From assembly GCA_030390025.1 (NCBI GenBank), contig CM059452.1, positions 16,616,001 through 16,649,592 of the forward strand: DNA of 33,592 nucleotides, written 5' to 3'. This DNA comes from Squalus acanthias (lineage: Eukaryota). Of this stretch, positions 12,001 through 22,424 are shown piece by piece. The notes under the pieces were generated by a model. It was not told the origin of the DNA. It ran no database searches and saw only the letters and a program-made list of their open reading frames with translations. Position 1 is the stretch's first letter. Each line of letters begins with the position of its first letter. Made by a program: the position numbers and the translations under genes.

Positions 12001-15000
12001 TGAACAATTGTCCTTTCCTCTCTCTCTGGTACGGCAGCGGGTACAATGGGTTAACAATTGCCCTTTCCCCTCTCTCTGGTGCGGGACTGGGGTACAGTGG
12101 GTTAACAATTGCCCTTTCCTCTCTCTAAGGTGGGGGAGTGGGGGTACACTAGGTGAACAATTGCCCCTCCCTCTCTCTCTGGTGTGGGAGTGGGATATAC
12201 AGCTGGTTAACAATTCCCCTTTCTCCTCTCTCTGTTGGGGTGGTGGGCTTTACAGTGGTTTAACAATTGCCCTTTCTCCTCTCTCTGCTGGGGTCTGGGG
12301 GTACATTCGGTTAACAGTTGCCCTTTTCCCTCTCTCTGGTGGAGGATTGGGGGGTACAGTGACTTAACAATGGCCCTTTTTCTCTCTCTGTTGGGGTGGT
12401 GGGTGGAACAGCTGGTTAACAATTGCCCTTTCCTGTCTCTGTGGTGGGGGTGTGGGGGTACAGTAGGTTAACAGTTGCCCTTTCCTCTCTCTCTGGTGGG
12501 GTGTGGGTGTACAGTGGTTTAACAATTGCCCTTCCCCCTCTCTCTTTTGGGGGAGTGGAGGTACACTGGTTTAACAGTTGCCCATTCCTCTCTCTCTGGT
12601 GGGGGAGTGGGGGTACAGTGGGTGAACAATTGTCCTAACCCCTATCTCTGGTGGGGGAGTAGCGGTGCATTGGGTTAACAATTGCCCTTCCCCCTCTCTC
12701 TGGTTGGGGAGTGGGGGTACAGTTGTTTAACAATTGCACTTTCCCCTCTCTCAGTTGGGGGATGGGCGTACAGTGAGTTAAAAATTGCCCTTCCCCTCTC
12801 TCTGGTGGTGTCGTGGGGGTACAATGTGTTAACAATTACCCTTCCCCCTCACGCTGGTGGGAGTCTGGGGGTACAGTGGTTTAACAGTCGCCCTTTCCCC
12901 TCTCTCTGGTGCGGGACTGGGGGTACACTGGGTTAACAATTGCCCTTTCCCCTCCCTCTGGGTGGGACTGGGGGTACAGTGGGTTAACAAATGCCCTTTC
13001 CGCTCTCTCTGTTGGGGGAGGGGGAGGTACAGTTGGTTAACAATTGCCCTTCCCCCTCTCTCTGTTGCGGAGCTGGGGGTACAGTGGGGTAACAATTGCC
13101 CTTTCCCCTCTCTCTGTCGGGGTGTGGGGGTACAGTGGGTTAACAATTGCCCTTCCCCCTCTCTCTTTTGGGGGAGTGGAGGTACAGTGGTTTAACAGTT
13201 GCCCATTCCTCACTCTCTAGTGGGGGAGTGGGGGTACAGTGGGTTAACATTAGTCCTTTCCCCTCTCTCTGGTGGGGGAGTGGGGGTACAGTTGTTTAAC
13301 AATTGCCCTTTCCCTGCTCTCTGGTTGGGGATTGGGGATACAGTGAGTTAAACATCGCCCTTCCCCTCTCTCTGGTGGTGTAATGGGGGTACAATGTGTT
13401 AACAATTACCCTTACCCCTCTCGCTGGTGGGGGACTGGGGGTACAGTGGTTTAACAGTCGCCCTTTCCCCTCTCTCTGGTGCAGGAGTTGTGATACAGTC
13501 GGTTAACAATTGCCCTTTCCTCTCTCTAAGGTGGGGGAGTGGGGGTACACTGGTTGAACAATTGTCCTTTCCTCTCTCTCTGGTACGGCAGCGGGTACAA
13601 TGGGTTAACAATTGCCCTTTCCCCTCTCTCTGGTGCGGGACTGGGGTACAGTGGGTTAACAATTGCCCTTTCTTCTCTCACTGGTGGGGTAGTGGCAGGT
13701 ACAGTGGGTTAACAATTGCCCTTTCCTCGCTCACTGGTGGGGTAGTGGGAGGTACAGTGGGTTAACAATTGCTCTTTCCCCGCTCACTGGTGGTGGAGTG
13801 CGGGTATAGTGGGTTAACAATTGCCCTTTCATCTCTCTCTCTTGGGGGAGTGGCTGTACAGTGAGTTAGCAATTCTCATTTTCCCTCTCTCTGGTGGGGG
13901 AATGGGGTACAGTTGGTTAGCAATTACCCTTCCTCCTCTCGCTGGTGGGGGACTGGGGGTACAGTGGTTTAACAATTGCCCTTTCCTCTCTCTAATGTGT
14001 GGGAGTGGGGGTACACTGGATGAACAATTGTCCTTTGCTCTCTCTCTGGTACGGCAGCGTGTACAATGGGTTAACAATTGCCCTTTCCTCTCTCTCTGGT
14101 GTGGGAGTGGGGTACAGTTGGTTAACAATTGCCGTTTCCTCTCTCTCTGGTGAGGGTGATTCGGTACCGTAGTTTAACAATTGGACTTTCCTCTCTCGCT
14201 GCTTGGGTAGCGGGTATTCAGTGGTTTAATAATTGCTCTTTCCCCTCTCTCTGGTGTGGGAGTTGGGGTACAGTGTGTTAACAATTGCCCTTTCCACTCT
14301 CTCTGATGTGGGAGTGGGGGGTACAGTGTGTTAACAATTGCCCTTTCCCCTCTCTCTGATGTGGGAGTGGGGGGTACAGTGTGTTAACAATTGCCCTTTC
14401 CCCTCTCTCTGGTGTGGGACTGGAGTACAGTGTGTTAACAATTGCCCTTCCCCCTCTCTCTGATGTGGGAGTGGGGTGTACAGTGTGTTAACAATTGCCC
14501 TTTCCCTTCTCTCTGGTGTGGTACTGGAGTACAGTGTGTTAACAGTTGCTCTTCCCCCTCTCTCTGTTGGTGGAGTGAGGGTACAGTTGTTAACAATTGT
14601 CCTTTCCTCTCTCTAAGGTGGGGGAGTGGGGGTACACTAGGTGAACAATTGCCCCTCCCTCTCTCTCTGGTGGGGGAGTGGGATATACAGCTGGTTAACA
14701 ATTCCCCTTTCTCCTCTCTCTGGTGGGGGAGTGTGGTTACAGTGTGTTTACAATTGCCCTTTCCTCTCTCTAAGGTGGGGGAGTGGGATATACAGCTGGT
14801 TAACAATTCCCCTTTCTCCTCTCTCTGTTGGGGTGGTGGGCTTTACAGCGGGTTAACAATTGCCCTTTCCCCTCTCTCTGCTGGGGGGCTGAGGGTACAT
14901 TGGGTTAACAGTTGCCCTTTTCCCTCTCTCTGGTGGAGGATTGGGGGGTACAGTGACTTAACAATGGCCCTTTCCCCTCTCTCTGTTTGGGTGGTGGGTG

Positions 15001-16913
15001 GAACAGTTGGTTAACAATTGCCCTTTCCTGTCTCTGTGGTGGGGGTGTGGGGGTACAGTAGGTTAACAGTTTCCCTTTCCTCTCTCTCTGTTGGGGTGTG
15101 GGGGTACAGTGGTTTAACAATTGCCCTTCCCCCTCTCTCTTTTGGGGGAGTGGATGTACAGTGGTTTAACAGTTGCCCATTCCTCTCTCTCTGATGGGGG
15201 AGTGGGGGTACAGTGGGTGAACAATTGTCCTAACCCCTATCTCTGGTGGGGGAGTAGCGGTGCATTGGGTTAACAATTACCCTTCCCCCTCTCTCTGGTG
15301 GGGGAGTGGGGGTACAGTTGTTTAACAATTGCCCTTTCCCCTCTCTCAGTTGGGGGATGGGGGTACAGTGAGTTAAAAATTGCCCTTCCCCTCTCTCTGG
15401 TAGTGTCGTGGGGGTACAATGTGTTAACAATTACCCTTCCCCCTCACGCTGGTGGGAGTCTGGGGGTACAGTGGTTTAACAGTCGCCCTTTCCCCTCTCT
15501 CTGGTGCGGGACTGGGGGTGCACTGGGTTAACAATTGCCCTTTCCCTCCCTCTGGTGCGGGACTGGGGGTACAGTGGGTTAACAAATGCCCTTTCCGCTC
15601 TCTCTGGTGGGGGAGTGGGAGGTACAGTTGGTTAACAATTGCCCTTCCCCCTCTCTCTGTTGCGGGACTGGGGGTACAGTGGGGTAACAATTCCCCTTTC
15701 TCCTCTCTTTGTTTGGGGAGTGGGAGGTACAGTAGGATTAACAAATGCCCTTTCTCCTCTCACTGTTGGAGGAGTGGGAGTTACAGTGGGTTATCAATTG
15801 CCCTTTCTCCTCTCACTGGTGGAGGAGTGGGAGTTACAGTGGGTTAACAATTGCCCTTTCCTCTCTCTCTATTGGTGGAGTTGGGGTACAGTGGATTAAC
15901 AATTGCCCTTTCCTCACTCTCTGGTAGGGGAGTGCGGGTATAGTGGGTTAACAATTGCCCTTTCATCTGTCTCTCTTGGGGGTGTGGGGGTACAGTGAGT
16001 TATCAATTCTCATTTTCCCTCTCTCTGGTGGGTGAATGGGGTACAGTTGGTTAGCAATTACCCTTCCCCCTCTCGCTGGTGGGGGACTGGGGGTACAGTG
16101 GTTTAACAATTGCCCTTTCCTCTCTCTAATGTGTGGGAGTGGGGGTACACTGGATGAACAATTGTCCTTTGCTCTCTCTCTGGTACGGCAGCGTGTACAA
16201 TGGGTTAACAATTGCCCTTTCCGCTCTCTCTGGTGGGGGCATTTCGGTACCGTAGGTTAACAATTGCACTTTCCTCTCTTGCTGCTTGTGGAGTGGGGAT
16301 TCAGTAGTTTAATAATTGCCCTTTCCCCTCTCTCTGGTGTGGGAGTGGTGTTACAGTGGGTTAACAATTGCCCTTCTCCCTCTCTCTGTTGGGGTAGTGG
16401 GGGTACAGTGGGTTAACAATTATGCTTTCCCCTCTCTCTGTTGGGGGAGTGCGGGTACAGTTGGTTAACAATTGCTCTTTCCCCTCTCTCTGCTGGGGGA
16501 GTGGGGGTACAGTGGGTTAACAATCGCACTTCCCCATGTCTATGCAGGGGGTGTAGGAGGTTCTGTTGCTTAACAATTGCCTTTTGCCCTCTCTCTGGTG
16601 GGGGATTGGGGGTACAGTTGGTTAACAACTGCCCTTTCCCCTCTCTCTGGTGGGGGAGTGGGGTACAGTGAGTTAATAATTGCCCTTCCCCCTCTCTCTG
16701 GTGGGGTGGTGGGTGGTACAGTGGTTTAACAATTGCCCTTTCCCCTCTCTCTGGTGGGGGAGTTGGGGTGCAGTGAGTTAACAGTTGCTCTTTCCTTCCT
16801 CTCTGGTGGGGGAGTGGGAGCTACAGTTGGTTAACAGTTGCTCTTTCCCCTCTCTCTGGTGGGGGAGTGGGGAGTACAGTGTGTTAACACTTGCCTTTCC
16901 CCTCTCTCTGGTG
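1..16913. repeat. 52-bp minisatellite array, >=16.9 kb (open at the window start)
   Basis: Uninterrupted tandem copies of consensus GGTGGGGGAGTGGGGGTACAGTGGGTTAACAATTGCCCTTTCCCCTCTCTCT (52 nt; monomers 50-53 nt). Length/52 gives about 325 monomers. It ends abruptly at ...ctctctctggtg|agataca (16913). Confidence 0.98.
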
Positions 16914-17145
16914 AGATACAGTTCATGGTCCTCTGTGGCCCGCATTTCAGCTGGTGCGATGCTGCAAATTATAACTGTCCCATATTCTGATGGGATGGAC
17001 AACATGAGAAACAGCGAGACCGAGATCTTAATGTGCAGCCTTGGTTTGTCGGTAATGTGAATATTAAGATTCCCCCAGCGGAAGGAAATTTGCTCAAGTT
17101 ACTTTGAGGAATCCTGTAGTGAGAGAGCTTCACTCTGTCTCTAAC

Positions 17146-19334
17146 AAAGCAAACTACGAAGATATGAGGGGCGAGTTAGCTAAGGTAGATTAGTAAACTA
17201 CATTATAAGGTATGACAGTGGACGTGCAATGGCTGGCATTTAAAGAATTAATAAATCATTTACAACAAATATACATTCCTTTCCGGCACAAAAACCCCAC
17301 AGGAAAACTGGTCCAACCGTGGCTAACAAGAGAAGTTAAAGATCGTATTAAATCAAACGAAGAGACTGATAACGCTGCCAAAAGATTAGTAAGCCAGGGG
17401 ATTGGGAGGAATTTAGAATTCTGCAAAAGAAGACGAAGAAATTGATAAAGAAATGGAAAATAGAATATGAGAGTATACTAGTGAGAGACATAAAAACAGA
17501 CTGTAAAAGCTGCTATAGGTATGTAAAAATGTAAAGATTAGCGAAAATAAATGTGGGTCCCTTCCAGGCTGAGACAGGAGCAATTATAATGGGGAATAAG
17601 GAAATGGCTGAGCAATTAAGGAAATACTTTGTGTCCGTCTTCACGGAAGAAGACGCAAAAAGCTTCCTGGAAATAGGGGACAACAAGGGTCTAGCGAGAA
17701 TGAGGAACTGAAAGATATTAGTGTTGGTAAAAAAAGTAGTACTGGAGAAATTAATGGGACTGAAAGCCGATAAATCCGCTGGATGTGATGGCCTACATGC
17801 AAGAGTTGAAGGAGTTGGCTATCGAGATAGTGGTTGTCATTTTCCAAAATTCCATAGATTCCAGAACTGTTCCCCTGGATTGGAAGGTGGAAAATGAAAC
17901 TCCACTATTTAAGAGAGGAGGGAGAGAGAAATCGGGGAACAACAGACCAGTTAGAATTACATCAGTAGTAGGAAAAATGCTAAATTATTAAGGACGTGGT
18001 AACAGGGGACTTAGAAAATAATAATAGGATTGGGCAGAGTCAACACGGATTTATGAAAGGAAAATCGTGTTTGACGATTCTGTTCGAGTTTTGAGTTTAT
18101 AACTATCAGAATAGATCATGGGGAACCAGTGGATGTGGTGTATTTGGATTTTCAGAAGGCATTCGATAAGGTGCCACACAAGAGGTTATTAAACAAAATT
18201 AGGGCTCATGAGATTGTGGGTAATAAACTAGCATGGATTGAGGATTGGTTAACGGACAGAAAACAGAGAGTAGGAATGAACGGGTCATTTGCGGATTAGC
18301 AGGCTGTAACTAGTGGGGTACCCAAGGATCAGTGCTTGGGCCTCAGCTATTCCCAATTTACATCAATGATTTGGATGAGGGGACCAAATGGAATATTTCC
18401 AATTTTGCTGATGAAACAAGGCTGAGTGGGAATGTAAGTTGTGAGGAGGATTCAAAGAGGCTTCAAGGGGATATAGACAGGCTAAGTGAGTGGGCAACAA
18501 CATGGCAAATGGAATATAAGGTGGAGAAATGTGAAGTTATGCACTTTGGGAGGAAAAACAGAAAAGCAGAGTATTTTTAAATGGTGAGAGACTGGGAGAT
18601 GTTGGTGTTTAGAGGAGCTTGGTGTCCTTGTACACGAATCACTGAAAGGTAACATGCAGGTACAGCAAGCAATTAGGAAAGCAAATGGTATGTTGACCTT
18701 TATTACAAGAGGATTTGAGTGTAAGAGTAAAGACGTCTTACTGCAATTATATAGGGCCCTGGTGAGACCACACCTGGGTATTGTGTACAGCTCTGTTCTC
18801 CTTACCTAAGGAAGGGTATACTTGCCATAGAGGGAGTGCAACGAAAGTTCACCAGACTGATTCCTGGGATGGGGGGATTGTCCTATGAGGACAAATTGAG
18901 TAGACTAGGCCTATATTCTCTAGAGTTTTGAAGAATGAGAGGTGATCTCATTGAAACATACAAAATTTTACAGGGCTTGACAGTGTGGATGCAAGGAAGT
19001 TATTTCCCCTGGCTGAGGAGTCTAAAACCAGGGAGATCACAATCTCAGAATAAGGGGTCGGCCATTTAGGTCTGAGATGAGGAGCAATTTCTACACTCAG
19101 AGGATGGTGAATCTTTGGAATTCTCTACCCCAGAGGGCTGTGGAGGCTCAGTCGTTGAGTATATTCAAGACAGAGATCGATAGATTTTTGAGTATTAAGG
19201 GGGTCAAGGGATATGGGGATAGTTCAGGAAAGTGGAGATGAGGTAGAAGATCAGCCATGAACTTATTTAATGGCGGAGCGGGTTCGAAGCGCCAAATGGC
19301 CGACTCCTGCTCCTATTTCTTAAGTTGTTTATGT
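17146..19334 (+). mobile_element. 5'-truncated, decayed CR1-clade LINE (ORF2 linker plus RT domain plus 3' UTR)
   Basis: Broken ORF2 segments: QPWLTREVK, IFQNSIDSRTVPLDWKVENETPLFKRGGREKSGNNRPVRITSVVGKML, YLDFQKAFDKVPHKRL, LGPQLFPIYINDLDEG..FADETRL, WQMEYKVEKCEVMHFG. CR1-type 3' end ...gactcctgctcctatttcttaagttgtttatgt. Flanked by TCTAAC at 17140-17145 and 19335-19340. Confidence 0.95.
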
Positions 19335-19496
19335 TCTAACCCGTGATGTAATCTGAGCTGGGAGCGCTGGCGTTACAAGCCTTGTGCCCGAGAACCGCAA
19401 ACACCCTACTTCAGATAAACAGCTCCCCCTTGGCAAAAATGGGAAAACAATTAATTCAGCGGCTGTGTGTTTAACTCACGATCGGAAGAAAAGGCC

Positions 19497-19512
19497 TTTA
19501 TTGATTTTTATT
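19497..19512 (-). terminator. Tandem polyadenylation signals of the secretory mu transcript
   Basis: Two AATAAA hexamers on the minus strand (19507-19512 and 19497-19502), 22-37 nt downstream of the tailpiece TGA (19534-19536). Confidence 0.8.
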
Positions 19513-19533
19513 TAAGAACTGAGATGCAGTTTC

Positions 19534-19922
19534 TCATTGATAAGAATTGACAGTGTCCATCAGTACAAGGGAAATGTTCACAAGCATTGTTTACCGCTGG
19601 ATTTATTGATCGTTCTGGTGATGATCTTCAAGGGGAGCGCTTCATGTCCCACCACACAGGAGTAAGAAGCGCCGCTGGCCCACTCCTCCGCTGCAATGGA
19701 TAACAGGCTGTAAATGAAGAAGGAACTGCTGCCGTTCTCCGCCATCACCTCGGTGTTCTTGTAGTTGCTGGAATTCACCGGCTTGTCATTGACGATCATC
19801 TTGACGAAGATCTCTCGGGGGGAGAAACCTCTCCCTAAGCAGGTGAGGTGACGAACCTCTGAGCGGAGATTTCTTCTGCCGAGGGCAGGAGGACAGACAC
19901 GGACGTTTCCGCGTATCTTTAG
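19534..19922 (-). pseudogene. IGHM: IgM heavy chain CH4 exon plus secretory tailpiece, frameshifted
   Basis: Acceptor ...gtcctgcag|CT at 19922. Repaired translation: [126 protein letters not shown], closely matching recalled shark Cmu4 plus tail. It has three 1-nt deletions, the conserved Trp is replaced by Met, and the penultimate Cys is Tyr. The internal G|GTAAA donor used for TM splicing is retained (GT at 19593-19594). Confidence 0.95.
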
Positions 19923-20111
19923 CTGCAGGACAATTACAATAAAAAGGACAATAAACTGGAGAATTCCAGAGACAATGAAGCGGTGGTTAGATGTGACAGA
20001 AATGTGCTTTCCGCTGAATTTTAAAGGATTTATATTTCCCATCTGGGCCCTGTCCCATTTCCAGCCCGGAGCTGAGGGCTATTCCATCCTTGTCTCTGAG
20101 AGCTTGAAGAG

Positions 20112-20272
20112 TTGAATTTACAGCACAGAAACAGGCCATTCTGCCCAACAGATCTGTGCTGGTGTTTATGCTCCACAGGAGACTCCAACCACCTTAATTC
20201 ATCTAAACCCAATAACATATCCTTCTATTCCTTTTTCTCTCATGGACTTATCTAGTTTCCCATTAAGTGCAG
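20112..20272 (-). mobile_element. Short 3'-end fragment of a CR1-like LINE in the CH3-CH4 intron
   Basis: acagcacagaaacaggccattctgcccaac...gtttatgctccac...catatccttctattcc...ttatctagtttccc is the reverse complement of a CR1-type 3' terminus (compare gggccgaatggccgctttctgtgctgtaa at 28173-28201). Confidence 0.75.
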
Positions 20273-20417
20273 ATTATCGGGTGCCAGAGTGTTTAGTTAG
20301 TGGAATTACCAATCTGAATTATCAGAGTAGTCCATTGAAGCTCTTAATAGAACGAATTGGCACAAGGACAGCAAATAGTCACAATGTCTCACTTATTGCT
20401 ACAATTTCACCGCTCAC

Positions 20418-20726
20418 CTTTTTCCTTGTGGATGGAATTCCTTATAGGAGTCGGCATATCCTGATGGTTCACCACGCAGGTGAACTCATCCCCACTCAGC
20501 CAGGCTTGTGTCGAGATGTTGAAGTTGCTGATCACGCTGTTGGGATCCTCTCCGGTTTGAACGGCAATCTGTGATTTCAAAATATTCTTTCCTCTGGTCC
20601 AGGTCACGTTGACTCCATAAGGAGCATTAGACACGAAGCAGTTTAAGGTCATCGTGGCCTCCAGTAAGACCTGTTCTAGTGACGGTTACCGAAGAATAAT
20701 CACTGGACCGTTGCATGAGGAAGGAT
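20418..20726 (-). pseudogene. IGHM: IgM heavy chain CH3-type exon with an in-frame stop
   Basis: 309-nt phase-1 exon, tttctgtttcacag|AT...AAAG|gtgagc. Translation [102 protein letters not shown]. The C1-set Cys/Trp/Cys are intact, and the EQVLLEAT and CVVNHQ..PTP.R.SIHKE motifs are typical of shark Cmu3. TAA at 20686-20688. Confidence 0.93.
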
Positions 20727-21419
20727 CTGTGAAACAGAAATGAAAGTCAAGCAAGGCTTCATCTTCACAATCAGGATACCAGTGTTCAGCCATTACTGTC
20801 TCAAGGAGAATAAATCACCTTTGAGATATCACCCTCTCGCTGTTGCTTAAACACCATCATTAATGGAATGACAAGGAATTGGCAACGATTCCGGGAGACT
20901 CTTTAACATTTCCAGTGTATTTGCTCCCAGAGCCTCCTGTAATGGGCTGTGAGCAAATACGCGGCGTAACAAAATGAATAAATTCGGGTGCAATTGTTTT
21001 ACGCACTGAATAACGCTCTTCCCGAAATCCCTTGCTCCTTTATGCCAGTCTATAGACCCTTGAGCTCGATCACATCTCCGCTCATTATAATGGCGCCGCC
21101 CCCAGGGTCACGAGCTCGACACGAAAATTACACTCGTTCAAAACGTCTGTCAAACAAAATCCAGGATTTTAGGTGCAAAAAAGTTAATTTTCTGGTGACT
21201 TGTTGTAATTTTTGTCGCGATGAAAATTTGCAGGAACCAGTTGCAGCTCCCGTCAGAGAAAAAGTGAAAGGTCGAGAGAATGGAGTTCCAAGGGGTCTTT
21301 TGTGTTGGGGAAAAATGTGTAATGCCGGTGTGAGGTAGTTTGTTCATTTCTGTCATTAGTGAACGTTTATCGTGTCTGGTGAGAGAGTCTGAATGGAATA
21401 TGACCGCAGGGCATTAATA

Positions 21420-21955
21420 CCAACACAGGGACAGGAGGAGGTCATTCAGCGCCTCCAGCCTGTTCCGACATTTAATTACATCATGACTGATCTGCACCTC
21501 AACACCATCTACCCGCCTTGTTTCTGTAACCCTTGATACCCTTGTCGAACAAAAATCCAGCAAACTCAGTTTTGAAATTTTTAATTGACCCCCAGCCTCA
21601 ACAGCTTTTTGGGGGAGAGCAGTCCAGATTTCCACTACCCTTTGTGTGAAGGAATCCTTCCTGACATCACCGCTGCGGCCTAGCTCTAATTTTAAGGTTA
21701 TGCTCCTTGATCTGGACTCCCCCACCTATATCAACCCAATCAATTCCATTTATCAACTTAAACACCTCAATTAGATCACCTCTTAATCTTCTATACTCAA
21801 AGGAATACAAGCCTATTCTGTGCAACCTGTCCTCATTATTTTACACTTTTATCCGCGGTATCATTCTGGTAAATCTGCACTGTAGCCCCTCCAAGGCCAG
21901 TATATCCTGCCTGATGTGTGGTGCCCAGAATTGAACGCAGTTCTCTAAATAGGGT
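21420..21955 (-). mobile_element. 5'-truncated CR1 LINE 3' fragment
   Basis: The minus strand reads PYLENCVQFWAPHIRQDILALEGLQCRFTRMIPRIK...GESRSRSITLKL...VRKDSFTQRVVEIWTALPQKAVEAG, the CR1 ORF2 C-terminus, followed by a CR1-type 3' UTR. Confidence 0.9.
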
Positions 21956-22145
21956 AGATGCCCTTTCTAGCAGTCGGTTCCTGGACAGTTACCAGTAAAG
22001 GGTTCCAGACACCCACTGCCGCTCCGAATATGATCAGCCAACTCAGGAAAAACCTGCGACCAAGGACACCTCACTAACTGTCTGACACCAGAGCAGAGAG
22101 AAACATTCTTTGCCGAGATTAGTGAATCCTGAACCGTGAGGAATC

Positions 22146-22424
22146 CTGATTCAGAAGATCGTGGGTTCAAGTCCCACTCCAGAGACTTGAACACGAAATG
22201 TAAATCGACACTCCCAGTTCAGTACTGAGGGGGGCGCTGCACTGTCGGAGTTGCTGTCTTTCACATCAGATGTTAAACCGAGGATCCGCCTGCTCACGCA
22301 GGTGTGCGTAATAGATCCCATGGCACTATTTCGAGGAAGAGCAGGGGAGTTCTCCCGGTGTCCTGGCCAATATTTATCCCGAAACAAACATCACTAAACC
22401 AAAAGGTTATCTGGTCATTATCAC
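22146..22424 (+). mobile_element. tRNA-derived Deu-domain SINE (SacSINE1/AmnSINE1-like), truncated at both ends
   Basis: Pol III B box GGTTCAAGTCC at 22164-22174, then gctgcactgtcggag..gtctttc..gttaaaccgagg..agatcccatggcactatttcg..agagcaggggagttctcccggtgtcctggccaa, matching the recalled Deu-domain consensus. The A box is absent, and the element stops at ggtcattatcac where the 38-bp array starts. Confidence 0.85.

Noticed and set aside
1-16913. Ig switch region or RSS array (TACAGTG resembles CACAGTG)
   Set aside because: It lies 3' of the C exons rather than 5', the consensus lacks AGCT, the G-richer strand is the template strand for the Ig gene, and TACAGTG lacks the essential first C and has no nonamer.
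47-17060. More than 100 overlapping ORFs (GYSGLTIALSPLSGGG, VQWVNNCPFPSLWWG)
   Set aside because: They are translations of the 52-bp monomer. The period is not a multiple of 3, frames rotate and stop, and both strands are equally open.
16914-17120. Possible TM exon between the array and the CR1
   Set aside because: No hydrophobic CART-type segment (TF..LF.LS..Y) was seen on the minus strand.
19578-20042. 154-aa ORF as an intact protein
   Set aside because: The N-terminal part is intron and out-of-frame exon; only the portion after the second frameshift is CH4.
22146-22190. tRNA gene
   Set aside because: Only the B box and T-arm region are present, with no cloverleaf; it is a SINE head.
21967-22194. 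ORF containing ESGFLT, reminiscent of shark Cmu2
   Set aside because: The match is a few residues at the SINE edge. There is no C1-set Cys/Trp spacing or splice sites around it.
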